From: a bacterium
Lineage (GTDB): Bacteria; Zhuqueibacterota; Zhuqueibacteria; Residuimicrobiales; Krinioviventaceae
NCBI GenBank assembly: GCA_963675755.2
Contig: CAXXMD010000003.1
Span: forward strand, 3,488,001-3,552,000
Direction of reading: 5' to 3'
Length of the DNA: 64,000 bases
Shown here: positions 51,245-61,667 of the stretch, piece by piece
How positions within the stretch are numbered: the stretch's first letter is position 1
How the letters are laid out: each line of letters begins with the position of its first letter
Notes under the pieces: generated by a model
Told to the model about the DNA's origin: nothing
Seen by the model: only the letters and a program-made list of their open reading frames with translations
Database searches by the model: none
Position numbers and translations under genes: made by a program

Positions 51245-51748
51245 ATGTTAAGCTCAAAAACATCAAAATTAGATATTCACATATTTTGGTCAGGCCCTTT
51301 TTCTCTTGAGCAGATTAAAGAAAAGAATGATAAAAATCATTATGGAGTATACCAGGTTTACGGTCATCATCATTTGTATGGTGATAATGTATTATTATAT
51401 ATTGGAAAAGCAGAAAAACAAACATTTGGAAAACGTTTGTCGCAAGAGGAATGGCAATTCGAGTATGACCCGGATAATGTTTCATTTTACATAGGTCAGC
51501 TTGCTATTAAAGACAGTATCACGGTAAAAAAATGGGAAAATTTAATAGGTGTTTCAGAAAGATTATTAATTCATGCCCATAATCCGGCTTATAATATAGC
51601 TCATACTAGATATATAAATGAAGATGAAATTAAAGATATCGTTATACATAATTGGAACAGCTTCCGGAACTTGTTTCCGTCGATAGCAGGGAGTCATTAT
51701 ACATCTATATTTGATGATATTACTGAAGATAATATCTTACCTATATAA
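51245..51748 (+). CDS. GIY-YIG nuclease family protein
   Basis: GVYQ...LLYIGKA...RL, E..LI....PAYN. Confidence 0.8.
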   Translation: MLSSKTSKLDIHIFWSGPFSLEQIKEKNDKNHYGVYQVYGHHHLYGDNVLLYIGKAEKQTFGKRLSQEEWQFEYDPDNVSFYIGQLAIKDSITVKKWENLIGVSERLLIHAHNPAYNIAHTRYINEDEIKDIVIHNWNSFRNLFPSIAGSHYTSIFDDITEDNILPI

Positions 51749-51773
51749 AAACCCAAAACAAGGAGATAAACTT

Positions 51774-52154
51774 TTGACATTTACACCAGACCCTAACAGA
51801 AATATTTATTACATTTGTATGTATCTAATTGGTGGAAATTATTACATCGTTTCAAAGGATGATAAAATTGTTATAAGTAAATCAAAGGAAGAAGCATTAG
51901 CTCCCTTTGAAAAACTCTCTGAGCCAGGTTCTGAACATAGGGAGGCAATTCTTGAATTAAAACCACGTATCGTCGAATTTGACATAAATACTGATGTTAA
52001 ACCTTCAGAACTAGTTACTGGAGAGAAATTATTTGCTCCGTTTAAAGTAAAAACGCTTACACTACCTTATGATCTATTTAAAACAACAGAGTTGGGTAAA
52101 GAGTTGTATGAATCAGGAACAATACCAATGGGGATTGCTAATAGCCTGAATTAA
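51774..52154 (+). CDS. Hypothetical protein
   Basis: AGGAG RBS before TTG at 51774. Confidence 0.55.
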   Translation: MTFTPDPNRNIYYICMYLIGGNYYIVSKDDKIVISKSKEEALAPFEKLSEPGSEHREAILELKPRIVEFDINTDVKPSELVTGEKLFAPFKVKTLTLPYDLFKTTELGKELYESGTIPMGIANSLN

Positions 52155-52183
52155 AAAAAATATAAAAAAATCTATATGTGTTA

Positions 52184-52295
52184 CATACTGGGGTAGCTTT
52201 GAAAAATGGTACCTCTTTTCCTCATAATTAATTAGCTTGAGATCTTTTCTGGGTTGATTTATGGGGGGTGGGTTATGGAACCTAAATTCTAAAGA
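52184..52295. repeat. G-rich dispersed repeat, copy 1
   Basis: Shares ATTTATGGGGGG and the exact 22-mer TATGGAACCTAAATTCTAAAGA with 58441-58535. Confidence 0.85.
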
Positions 52296-52821
52296 ATAAT
52301 AGAACGAGAAAATCCGGATTTTATATTAAATACATCGTAATGAGCATCGGAGTATCTGAAGCTACGGTTAGAAAATGGATCAGTGGGACTAGATTGGAGC
52401 TGGATAAGTATTTTGGAATTTAAGAGAGCACTACGCTTTCTTTTCTTATACCGAGAAATTTATGATTTATTGTATTGTAATTTTTCAACAATAGGAGAAG
52501 TTGAATATTTGAAATTTGCATGTGGGCTACAGAAGTATATGTTCAATAAAATGTGAGAAATTTTAAAATTGATTGTTTTAATTTTTTACTTGCAATAAAA
52601 AATAATTTTTATAAATTATAACTAATTATTCGAATAATTTAATTATTTTTGCGACATTTTTTTATTTAAATTGTGAAATTAGAAAAATTATTCCGAGAAA
52701 TGGGGATTAGTATAGAAGAAGAGGGAACTGGGGCTAATCAAATATTTCAAGATTATACCTTTCTTTCATCATATTTTTTCTTTTTTCTTGATAAAATCAG
52801 CAAATTTTATTGGAGATGATT

Positions 52822-55800
52822 ATGAAAAAGGCATTTTTTATTCTATCAATTTTATTATTTTGGAATTTAACTTTTGCAACACATCCCAAATTATTGTTTG
52901 ATTCTTCTGATTATTCAACTATTTGGTCAACAATTAATAATCCAAGCCATACTAATCTCAAAGGATATTATGATTATCTTAAAGATGAAGCTTATTCAAA
53001 TAGAACAGATACTTATACAGCAACCTCGTCAAGAATTCAAATGCATTGGGCTTCAGACTTAGCATTTATTTCATTAATTGATGAAGCCGAATCATCAACA
53101 TATTTGGATAATTGTAAAACTGAAGCAATTAGGTCGATAGATTCTATTTATAGTCATGCCACATCAATAAGCACAGGTAATTTAGCACAAGCTTCTGCAT
53201 TAATGCATATGTCATTGGTTTATGACATGCTTTATAATGTAATGAATAGCACTGAAAGATATAATGCTGCTACAAAAATAAAACAACTTATTGATAATTT
53301 GATAAATGAATATTATGATATTTCACCAGTTGTTCCAAATGCTTTCACAAAAAGATCAAATAAGACATTTTATGGGAACAACCATCAAGTTCATGTTGCT
53401 TGTGCAGTTGGAATTGGCGCTATTGCGATAAAAGGTGACAATTTGGATGCAAGTACTGTATTCAGTATGTCAAATGCTGAACGCTATATAGATGTTGCAT
53501 ATGATTGGGTTACTTTATTAGATGAGAACTTGTTTGCAACTGATGGTAGCAATTTTGAAGGGATCTCTTATGGTCTTTTTAGTATACAACCCATGATTGC
53601 CTTTTATGAGATATTAGATAGATGTGAGAATATAGATTGTTTCAACGATACAAATTTAAAAAATTCCATTGAATGGATAGTTAATGAACTTTTACCTGTC
53701 CCAGCTGCAAATTCTTCAGTTTCAGTATCATTATTTGATTATAATAATGGTAATGCTACTTACAATTGCAACGTTATACCATATAGCGGTTATACAAACA
53801 AATATCATGGGGCAGCATCCAGATCTATCAGTATTTATGCAGTATTGGGTGGTGTATTTGATAGTATAACAAATCATTCAGAAGCAGGTACGTGGCTCTT
53901 TAATGAAAATTTTGAAACAATTGATACATATGATTCTACAAATGGAATTGATAATTATTTTGGACCTATTAATATTATGGCTTTTACAAAATATAATCAT
54001 AGTACTACATCTTTGAATAGTATCAGTGGATTAAATTGCAAAGCTTTCTACCAAGGGAGAGGATTGGTAGTGCGTGATGGTTACAATACCGACGGTACAT
54101 TGTTTATTTTTGACACAAATTATTATTCAAATAAAAACTTGACGGATCCAAGTGATTTGGATAGTTGTTGCGTTAGATGGGATGAAGATGATAATAATTC
54201 ATTTACATTTTATTCTTTTGGGGATAGATGGGTAATTGATAATGGTAGAATGAAAGATGCTCCAAACTACGAAGAAGAAAAGAGTGACTATCATAATACG
54301 GTTTTAGTTGATGGAAACACAAAACCTTATGTGAATAATAATGATTTACAAGTATCAAATTGGTATGACTATCATTATACTAATGGCATTAATTATATTA
54401 CGAGTGATATAACTGATGCGTGGTTGAAAAAAATTAGACCTCTTGTACCCTATGATGGGATTGGTGAAGAAATTATATTTAACACAGATGCTGCATATTC
54501 AACAGTACAAAAGTATACAACATTTAATAAAGATAGACGACATGCACAATTTATTGAAGAAGCTGGTAATATTCCTCCTTATGTAATCATTTATGATGAT
54601 ATTGAACAAGGTATTAGTACTAGTAGAGATTATACATTTGTTTTAAATACTGGTGCAAATAATACTGTAAGTTTTAACTCGACATCAAGAGTTGCAACGA
54701 TATCAAATGCTTCAAGTGGAAATGAAATGAATGTACATTACTTTCCACGTCCGACATCAGATTTTTTATATACTACAGATACTATTAATCCTGATTGGGA
54801 CGATTCACATACGAGAATCAAATATACTGTTGAAGATGTAACTAATCCTCATTTTCATGTTATACTTATTCCTGAACAGTCAACCACAGCTACACCTAGT
54901 GTTTCGATTGACAATATTTCTACAAATAATGCAAGTATCGCAGAAATTGAATTTGCCTCTGAGGATATTGTTGATTACAGTATGTTTAATTATGAACAGA
55001 ATGTTTCAGGTACATTCAATAGTTCTGACTTTTCATTACTTGGCCACTCTGCTCCTTTAACAAGTGCCACAACAATAACAGGAGTGATGGGTTATTGTAG
55101 ACAAAACACTTCTACTGGGGAATATACAGATATTTTTCTCAGTAGAGGTTCTTATTTAGAAATGAATGATACTGAATTAGTTAATGTAGGAGGTGTAATA
55201 TCGGGTAGTGACATAAAAACAGCAAGGGTGATTTTAAATGATGATGAAATAAATATTTACAAAGAAGCAACACAAACAGGTCGTAAAAGCTATAAAATCT
55301 ATGGACCAGATGTGTCTGAATTTAAAATTTATGATCAATCAGTGAATTTCACTAATTTTAATGATTATAATTATTATAAAAGTTCAGATGTTTTATCAAA
55401 TTACTACTATTATAAAGTCAGTAATTCACAATATAGAATCTACTGGAGTTGTGATGAGACTCACGATTTAACAATATATTCTTGGAGAACAAGCTCACCA
55501 AATACAATTAATACAACTCAATTGACAGCTCAGTCAGCTGGTATCAAAACTTATACTTTGAATACAACATCAGCAACAGATTGGAACTTTAGAATAGAAG
55601 CCAAAATGACTTCTGACAATTTTATTAATATAAGCGAACCTTTAAATGGTAATATTCGGGGAACAATAACATCAAATACTACTTGGGATGGTTATTACTT
55701 AATTGATGGTGATTTAACAGTCAATTCAGGTGTTACTTTGACGATTGAAGATGGATCAATAATCAATTTCTACACTGGTGATGCAATATCTAGCGGTAGA

Positions 55801-57348
55801 GATTTGTACAAAACTGAGCTTATTATAAATGGGGTTCTAAACGCAAGTGGGTCAACGTTTAGATCTTATAATAATACAACCAATGGTTGGTATGGTATTT
55901 GTTTTGAACAAGCACAAGACAACTGTATTATTAACAATTGTGACATTGAACGATCATATCGGGGTACTTTAGTAAACGATTGCAATCCAACAATTAGTAA
56001 TAACCATTTTAACAATAATCAAATGTCAGCAAGAATTATTGGTGGCACAGGTGAATTTAGTGGCAATTTAATAGAGAATGGTAGTTATTCTTTTTACATA
56101 ACTGGATCAATAACCAGTGGCTATTCATTGATTGATGATAATAAATTACATGCCTTAACTGCAATTTATGCAGCTTCAGATACATATGTTTGGGCAAGTA
56201 ATAATCAATTCATGGGACATAATAGTTGTTCAAATATAATGTATATTACAGGAAGTGGAACATGGGTAAGAGCTTACAATGATAGTTATGGTGGAAATGA
56301 ATTTGATGATAATTATAGTTATTATATTTGTAAAGTTATATCTGGAACTGCAGACATTGAATATAATAATATAGGAAATAAAGGCACTACTTCAGGGGAT
56401 TGGATGTATAATTCTGGCGGTACATTAAATGCAGAATATAACTATTGGAATGGTTTAACACCTTCTTCGAGTGATTTTTATGGAACTGTTGATTATAGTC
56501 CTTTTCGCACAGTACCATGGAGCACTGCAGGGCCTTCTTGGAAAAAAACAACTTCACCATTTTTACAATTTTTGAGTCAAGGATTAGATTTCGATTTAGA
56601 AGAAGCAAAAGAAGTGTTACTAGATAATGTTGATTATAAGAGTGCACCTCAATTTTTGTTATTACTTACAAAAGCATCTCTAAAAAATAGAGATTTATCT
56701 ATAGTTGAGTTTTTGGATGAGTTGTCAACAAAAGTTATATCTAAAAAAATGTCTCAGTCATTATTGAAAGCTAAAATGAACATTTATATTTTTAATGATA
56801 AATTAGTAGATGCTGAAAGTATTGTAAACCAAACTGAAAAAAATTCAAAAGAAGAAAATGCATTATTGCTTGATCTTGTTTGGGAATATGCAGTACGAGA
56901 GGATAATGGCTCAAAGGATAGAATAATTGAAAAATTAAAAAAACAAAATGACGAAGAAATAAACGATATTATTGATATATTGCTTGAAAATGTTCAAGAT
57001 GACATATATTCAAGAAAAAATAATAAATTAAATAAGAATATGGATTTTAATAATTTAATAGTTAAAAATCCTTCTACATTTATGATAAATGCTTATCCAA
57101 ATCCATTTAATCCAAGTACAACTATTAATTATAATGTTGCATCAAAAAGTTTTGTAACAATAAAAATATATAATTTACTGGGTAAAGAAATTAAGCATCT
57201 TTATCAAGGAGAAAGAGAACAAGGAAATTACACTATAATCTGGGATGGTAAGAGTAATAATGGTAATAGTATATCTTCTGGTATTTATATTGTTAAATTT
57301 ATTAGTGGTGAAAATGTTCTAACAAAAAAAATCACATTGTTAAAATAA
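52822..57348 (+). CDS. Large secreted protein: heparinase II/III-like region + beta-helix + C-terminal sorting domain
   Basis: Signal peptide; HPKLLF, GNNH, DGSNFEGISY, DNNSFTF...WVIDNG, HNTVLVDG; AEYNYW; AYPNPFNPST. Confidence 0.8.
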   Translation: MKKAFFILSILLFWNLTFATHPKLLFDSSDYSTIWSTINNPSHTNLKGYYDYLKDEAYSNRTDTYTATSSRIQMHWASDLAFISLIDEAESSTYLDNCKTEAIRSIDSIYSHATSISTGNLAQASALMHMSLVYDMLYNVMNSTERYNAATKIKQLIDNLINEYYDISPVVPNAFTKRSNKTFYGNNHQVHVACAVGIGAIAIKGDNLDASTVFSMSNAERYIDVAYDWVTLLDENLFATDGSNFEGISYGLFSIQPMIAFYEILDRCENIDCFNDTNLKNSIEWIVNELLPVPAANSSVSVSLFDYNNGNATYNCNVIPYSGYTNKYHGAASRSISIYAVLGGVFDSITNHSEAGTWLFNENFETIDTYDSTNGIDNYFGPINIMAFTKYNHSTTSLNSISGLNCKAFYQGRGLVVRDGYNTDGTLFIFDTNYYSNKNLTDPSDLDSCCVRWDEDDNNSFTFYSFGDRWVIDNGRMKDAPNYEEEKSDYHNTVLVDGNTKPYVNNNDLQVSNWYDYHYTNGINYITSDITDAWLKKIRPLVPYDGIGEEIIFNTDAAYSTVQKYTTFNKDRRHAQFIEEAGNIPPYVIIYDDIEQGISTSRDYTFVLNTGANNTVSFNSTSRVATISNASSGNEMNVHYFPRPTSDFLYTTDTINPDWDDSHTRIKYTVEDVTNPHFHVILIPEQSTTATPSVSIDNISTNNASIAEIEFASEDIVDYSMFNYEQNVSGTFNSSDFSLLGHSAPLTSATTITGVMGYCRQNTSTGEYTDIFLSRGSYLEMNDTELVNVGGVISGSDIKTARVILNDDEINIYKEATQTGRKSYKIYGPDVSEFKIYDQSVNFTNFNDYNYYKSSDVLSNYYYYKVSNSQYRIYWSCDETHDLTIYSWRTSSPNTINTTQLTAQSAGIKTYTLNTTSATDWNFRIEAKMTSDNFINISEPLNGNIRGTITSNTTWDGYYLIDGDLTVNSGVTLTIEDGSIINFYTGDAISSGRDLYKTELIINGVLNASGSTFRSYNNTTNGWYGICFEQAQDNCIINNCDIERSYRGTLVNDCNPTISNNHFNNNQMSARIIGGTGEFSGNLIENGSYSFYITGSITSGYSLIDDNKLHALTAIYAASDTYVWASNNQFMGHNSCSNIMYITGSGTWVRAYNDSYGGNEFDDNYSYYICKVISGTADIEYNNIGNKGTTSGDWMYNSGGTLNAEYNYWNGLTPSSSDFYGTVDYSPFRTVPWSTAGPSWKKTTSPFLQFLSQGLDFDLEEAKEVLLDNVDYKSAPQFLLLLTKASLKNRDLSIVEFLDELSTKVISKKMSQSLLKAKMNIYIFNDKLVDAESIVNQTEKNSKEENALLLDLVWEYAVREDNGSKDRIIEKLKKQNDEEINDIIDILLENVQDDIYSRKNNKLNKNMDFNNLIVKNPSTFMINAYPNPFNPSTTINYNVASKSFVTIKIYNLLGKEIKHLYQGEREQGNYTIIWDGKSNNGNSISSGIYIVKFISGENVLTKKITLLK

Positions 57349-57361
57349 CTGTTGATCTTCC

Positions 57362-57394
57362 ATCAAGAGTTGCATATTTAATGCAACTCTTGAT
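57362..57394 (+). terminator. Stem-loop after secreted protein gene
   Basis: ATCAAGAGTTGCAT-ATTTA-ATGCAACTCTTGAT. Confidence 0.6.
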
Positions 57395-57469
57395 TATATT
57401 TTCTTATAACGATATTATATAGTTTGAATTTTGAGTATTTTCTTTAAATTATAAAATATATTTTATTTA

Positions 57470-58324
57470 TTGAAAAGGGATGAGATGACTAAACTATTGA
57501 GAAGTATAGACCAATACATAAGTAATTCAAAGAAAATACTCAATTCATATAATAATCCTTTGAAAAGAAAAGAAAATTTACAATTAAAAGACGAGTTAGA
57601 AATTGAATTCTATGATACTGAGGCAAATATTCATTTAAAAGAATTTGATGAAGAATTGTACAAGTATGATGAAAATGAAAAATTCCCACTAAGTCATCAA
57701 TATTTTTATAATCAAATGAAAGATGTTAATGGTAAAAATATTTTAGATATTGGCTGTGGTTATGGATTCACTTCAGTAAAGTTGGCAAAAAATGGTGGAG
57801 TTGTTACAAGTATTGATATTTCTCCGAAAATGATCGAGCTTGCAAAAAAGAATGCAGAGTTTAATGATGTAGGTGGATCTATAACTTTTACGCTTATGTC
57901 AGCACAAGATATGAAGTTTGATGATGAATCATTTGACTATGTTGTAGGATTTGGTGTATTGCATCATTTGAATTTAGAACTATCTAAAAAAGAAATTCAT
58001 AGAGTATTAAAACCAAATGGGAAAGCTATGTTTATTGAACCAAGGATTCCATTAAAATTTTTAATTTTTATTAGAAGCTTGTTTCCCAATAAATGTTTAG
58101 AATCTCCAGGTGGCTCACAATTAACAGATAAAGAAATTAACTATTTTGGTTCAAATTTTAAAAAAATAAATATAAATTATTTTTTATTCCTAAAAAAATT
58201 AACACGATTTCCTTTTTTAAAAAAATATGATTCATTTCTCGATGATCTGGATGTAAAGTTAGTAAAAAAAATTCCAATAATGAAAAAACTGTATTGGGCA
58301 TTTGTATTAGAATTTGAAAAGTAA
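57470..58324 (+). CDS. Class I SAM-dependent methyltransferase
   Basis: ILDIGCGYG, IDISPKM, FD.V..GVLHH, RVLKPNG. Confidence 0.9.
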   Translation: MKRDEMTKLLRSIDQYISNSKKILNSYNNPLKRKENLQLKDELEIEFYDTEANIHLKEFDEELYKYDENEKFPLSHQYFYNQMKDVNGKNILDIGCGYGFTSVKLAKNGGVVTSIDISPKMIELAKKNAEFNDVGGSITFTLMSAQDMKFDDESFDYVVGFGVLHHLNLELSKKEIHRVLKPNGKAMFIEPRIPLKFLIFIRSLFPNKCLESPGGSQLTDKEINYFGSNFKKININYFLFLKKLTRFPFLKKYDSFLDDLDVKLVKKIPIMKKLYWAFVLEFEK

Positions 58325-58440
58325 AAATTTATAAGTATTAAATTGACCTTTGCTTAAAGATCAATTCAAGTATCAAACTCGTTTATTGCGAAGTGTTTTT
58401 TTTAAATCCCCAGTTTCTACAAAAACAACAAAATCCCCAA

Positions 58441-58535
58441 CATACCGGGGGGCCCCTTTGAAAAAGGGTACCCCCATTTGATCTCGTTACCTGGTAATTT
58501 ATGGGGGGCTATGTATGGAACCTAAATTCTAAAGA
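58441..58535. repeat. G-rich dispersed repeat, copy 2
   Basis: See 52184-52295; conserved cores are 6240 bp apart. Confidence 0.85.
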
Positions 58536-58855
58536 TTTTCAACCAATCCGGAAACTACGATGTGTTTATAATAAGATGCATCTACAGTTCCTTGTATAAT
58601 TCCCTGAGCAACAGGGAGTGACAAGTCGGTAATCACGCGTTTCCAATTGAATTTATAAGATAGATACCGGACGACATCGGGTGTTACCCAGTAACCAAAG
58701 TCTTTGGATAGCCATTCGGCAGCTTTATACATTCCATTATTTTCACACCATATTTCATATAAGCGATGTTCGCCGTAGTACTCTATCAGCTTATGAGTCA
58801 TCGAGTATGAGGTGTCTCTGGGTTTTCTGGTACTTGGATAATTATGCTTTTTCAT
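58529..58855 (-). CDS. Hypothetical protein (element backbone)
   Basis: GGAGG RBS before MKKHNYP; overlaps upstream gene. Confidence 0.7.
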   Translation of the reverse strand: MKKHNYPSTRKPRDTSYSMTHKLIEYYGEHRLYEIWCENNGMYKAAEWLSKDFGYWVTPDVVRYLSYKFNWKRVITDLSLPVAQGIIQGTVDASYYKHIVVSGLVENL

Positions 58856-59282
58856 TTGGTTCCTCCATCGTTGATGGCAATTCAACACCGTAGTAGTTAA
58901 ATTCTTCTCTTGTTAAGCGATCCTTAAGAAAACCTGCAGCCCAGGACGCGACCTCGTAGAGATTGACATTCAGTTTCAATTTATTTACATCATCAAAGTT
59001 GCCTATTTTTTTGTTTATCTTTTTATATTCTTCACTTGAAGTGAAATATAAATGTAATCGCCTTGTTTCCGGAGTATTGAGGTTTAGTCTCTTACCTAAA
59101 TCTCTAAATTTAGGACCGTTCCATCGCTTGCTGTCTAATATCTCCATGTCAGTTACCCATAGACCGTAGCCCAATTTTCTATTCTCTTCTATTCGGTTTA
59201 GTATTAATCTGAAAATCCTTGAATCTTTTTCATCAAGTTCTTTATATATCTTTGCTATTCTTATTAATGACGTTCTGTCCAT
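58842..59282 (-). CDS. Hypothetical protein (element backbone)
   Basis: GAGG RBS; 146-aa ORF. Confidence 0.7.
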   Translation of the reverse strand: MDRTSLIRIAKIYKELDEKDSRIFRLILNRIEENRKLGYGLWVTDMEILDSKRWNGPKFRDLGKRLNLNTPETRRLHLYFTSSEEYKKINKKIGNFDDVNKLKLNVNLYEVASWAAGFLKDRLTREEFNYYGVELPSTMEEPNEKA

Positions 59283-59414
59283 ATTAAATACCTCATAGGT
59301 GGTTTAAAGTTTTAGTTTTTTTGTTTATCTGGCTGTTACCAGGTTTATTTGTTTTTTCATTTTTTTAATTTTGGTTATTTAATAACTATGTTTTTTATTA
59401 TGCTACGCAAAAAT

Positions 59415-59607
59415 TGGCCACCGTGCCACCAAAACCATGTGTTTTTTTAAACTTTTAGTCTGGACTAAAAGTTGTATATTTTTACAAACTCCTCAATATA
59501 CTTTTCAAAAAATACTTGGCACCGTGGCACACCAGCCTATAACCCGTTTAATTACACATCCTTAAAAGGGGCCACCTGTTGATTTTGACCCGTGGCCCCC
59601 GTGGCAC
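59415..59607. other. Putative replication origin: GCCAC/GTGGC iteron-like repeats with AT-rich spacer and hairpin
   Basis: GGCCACCGTGCCACC, GGCACCGTGGCAC, CCGTGGCCCCCGTGGCAC; hairpin AACTTTTAGTC-TG-GACTAAAAGTT at 59450-59473; at the 3' end of the primase-helicase. Confidence 0.55.
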
Positions 59608-61667
59608 TTTTTACTACGTATTGTGGGTCGATAATCTGGTAGTAAGTATACCTCATCGATCCTTTCTTTACTCTTCCACCATCTTCGATGATCCCCCGTT
59701 TTTTGAGGTTCTTTATCATCGCATTTGGATGCACTCCATTGGTAGCAAACTTTTGTATCAAAGAAAAAACAAGTTTACCCTCTTCGAACAATTCTATCTC
59801 TTCACTGGATGGATTTTTATAATCCCCAAACCAGTCATATATTCTATTATGTTTTTCATGATAATAGTTATAAATCTTTTCCATTACGTAGTCTGTACTG
59901 GCTTCGATGTTGGTCACATTGGATTCAAACAGTTCTTTTTCATATTTTGTAATTGGAACTTCGATGCCGTATCTGGTGTAATTTTTATCAATTTTATCAA
60001 AAACATCTTTGAGTTCTGTTCGAATATAATGTCCAAGTCTCTTTTTCAGCTTTGTAGAAAATGTCCCGTCCCGTTTGACTTTCACGTCCGGCAACTTCCA
60101 CACAAAAAATTGGTTATTAGACCTCATCAGTCGGAAGTTCTGTCTTTTCTACAAAGAGCGGTATCGATTCATTGGATATTAAAATAATATTTAGATTATT
60201 TCTCACCTGGTATTCAGGTTGATATTTTTTATTAACTAGCAGATATTTTTGCCCCGAATACTTTTTAAGAATTTTATACTGAGACTTTTCATTTAACTCA
60301 TTCTCTTCGATGACTGCGAGTTTCTTTTCAGCTTCCGGAGTAAAACTCCCTACGTCACCACGCCAATCGATGTATAAATTGGGAAAGATTGCTCTTACCA
60401 TCTCAGCAAACGTGGTTTTTGATGTACCCCTTGGACCATGTAATATCATCGTAGGTAGCTGGATGTAATTCGTGTATACATACATCGCGAGATATTTTTT
60501 TATAAAGTCTACATGTTTGCCAAAAGTCCGGGAAAGATAGTCATCGATGAAAGCATTGTCCTGAATATCAACCGGCAACGCTGCCTACGGATACTTTTAT
60601 CACGCCATCGTTCAAGTTGACATTATACTGGTCTTTCTCGATGGCTACATCACCTACGTAGTCTACTCTTGCTAGATTTGACAACCTTTTGTTTTCCACG
60701 ATGTATCGTAGTGCGTTTTCCTGCTTTTTCTGATCATTCGCACCAACTAATATATAATAAGCATCTCGTGACGTCTTTGTAGCGTAGAATACACTTTCAT
60801 TGACTCCAAATTCTACGATGTCCCTTTCCGTAGAAATAAAAATCATCTACGACATCGGCTAACCTGATTTCAAAGTTTGAAACATCAGACCCATCCTACG
60901 GAGTCACACGATGAGCAGTAAATCATGTGTTTATCTTGATCTTTTACATAGTCGATGAAAGCCGATGGAGTGTTATCCTCGTGTTCCGGCTTCGGACAGT
61001 AACAAGGTTTTTTAGAAGTAATTTCTGATGCAGTGATACTCTTGCCATTGGCAAGTGTAATCTCCATCGATGGATCAAATTCCCAGTAATTCCGATGGAT
61101 CTTTTTGGAAATTTCTTTTAGGTTCCATGAAGTTTTTATTTCATCTACGTCGAGATAATTGTTATCCAGATTGGAAACACAGATTGAATCATTAGGACTT
61201 GCAAAATAAAACCTGGCCAGATCTCTGGTGCTGGAGTCAATTGAGGGAAAGATTGCAGCAAAGTATCCAAATACAGCTTGATATTTTTCTTTACTTTTTA
61301 GCGGTTTATTAAAAGGTACGATGATGTGGAATCTATCGATAGCGGGTTTATCTTTTTTTACAACTTGGTGAGATTTTGATGTAATCATTACATAGTTTAA
61401 ACCAAGGGAATCGAGTTTATCCTTTGCATCATCGATGGTCAATCCATCATCGATGTCAACGATGTATCCCGAGGCAGATTCAAAATTTTCTGATTTGCGA
61501 TATCTGTTATATATGTCGGTACTATCATCTGTTTTCCAGTTAATTAAACTGTAATTGTGAGACTTTAGTATTTCTTCCAGATTGTTGACTTTAACATTTT
61601 CTGATTTAAATTTAGTTGCTAGACTTGCGTCCTGAGTGGCAGGGGCAATTGAAATTTGTAGATTCAT
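59552..61667 (-). pseudogene. Primase (AEP-like)-Zn finger-SF3 helicase, split into four ORFs by four +1 frameshifts
   Basis: VDIDDG, SKSH, RFHIIVP, CYCP..H...PSA..CSSC, Walker A GPRGTSKT; removing 4 bases gives a 703-aa ORF. Confidence 0.8.

Noticed and set aside
59579-60187. 202-aa plus-strand ORF and other antisense ORFs in the track
   Set aside because: They shadow well-supported genes on the opposite strand and have no motifs or RBS.
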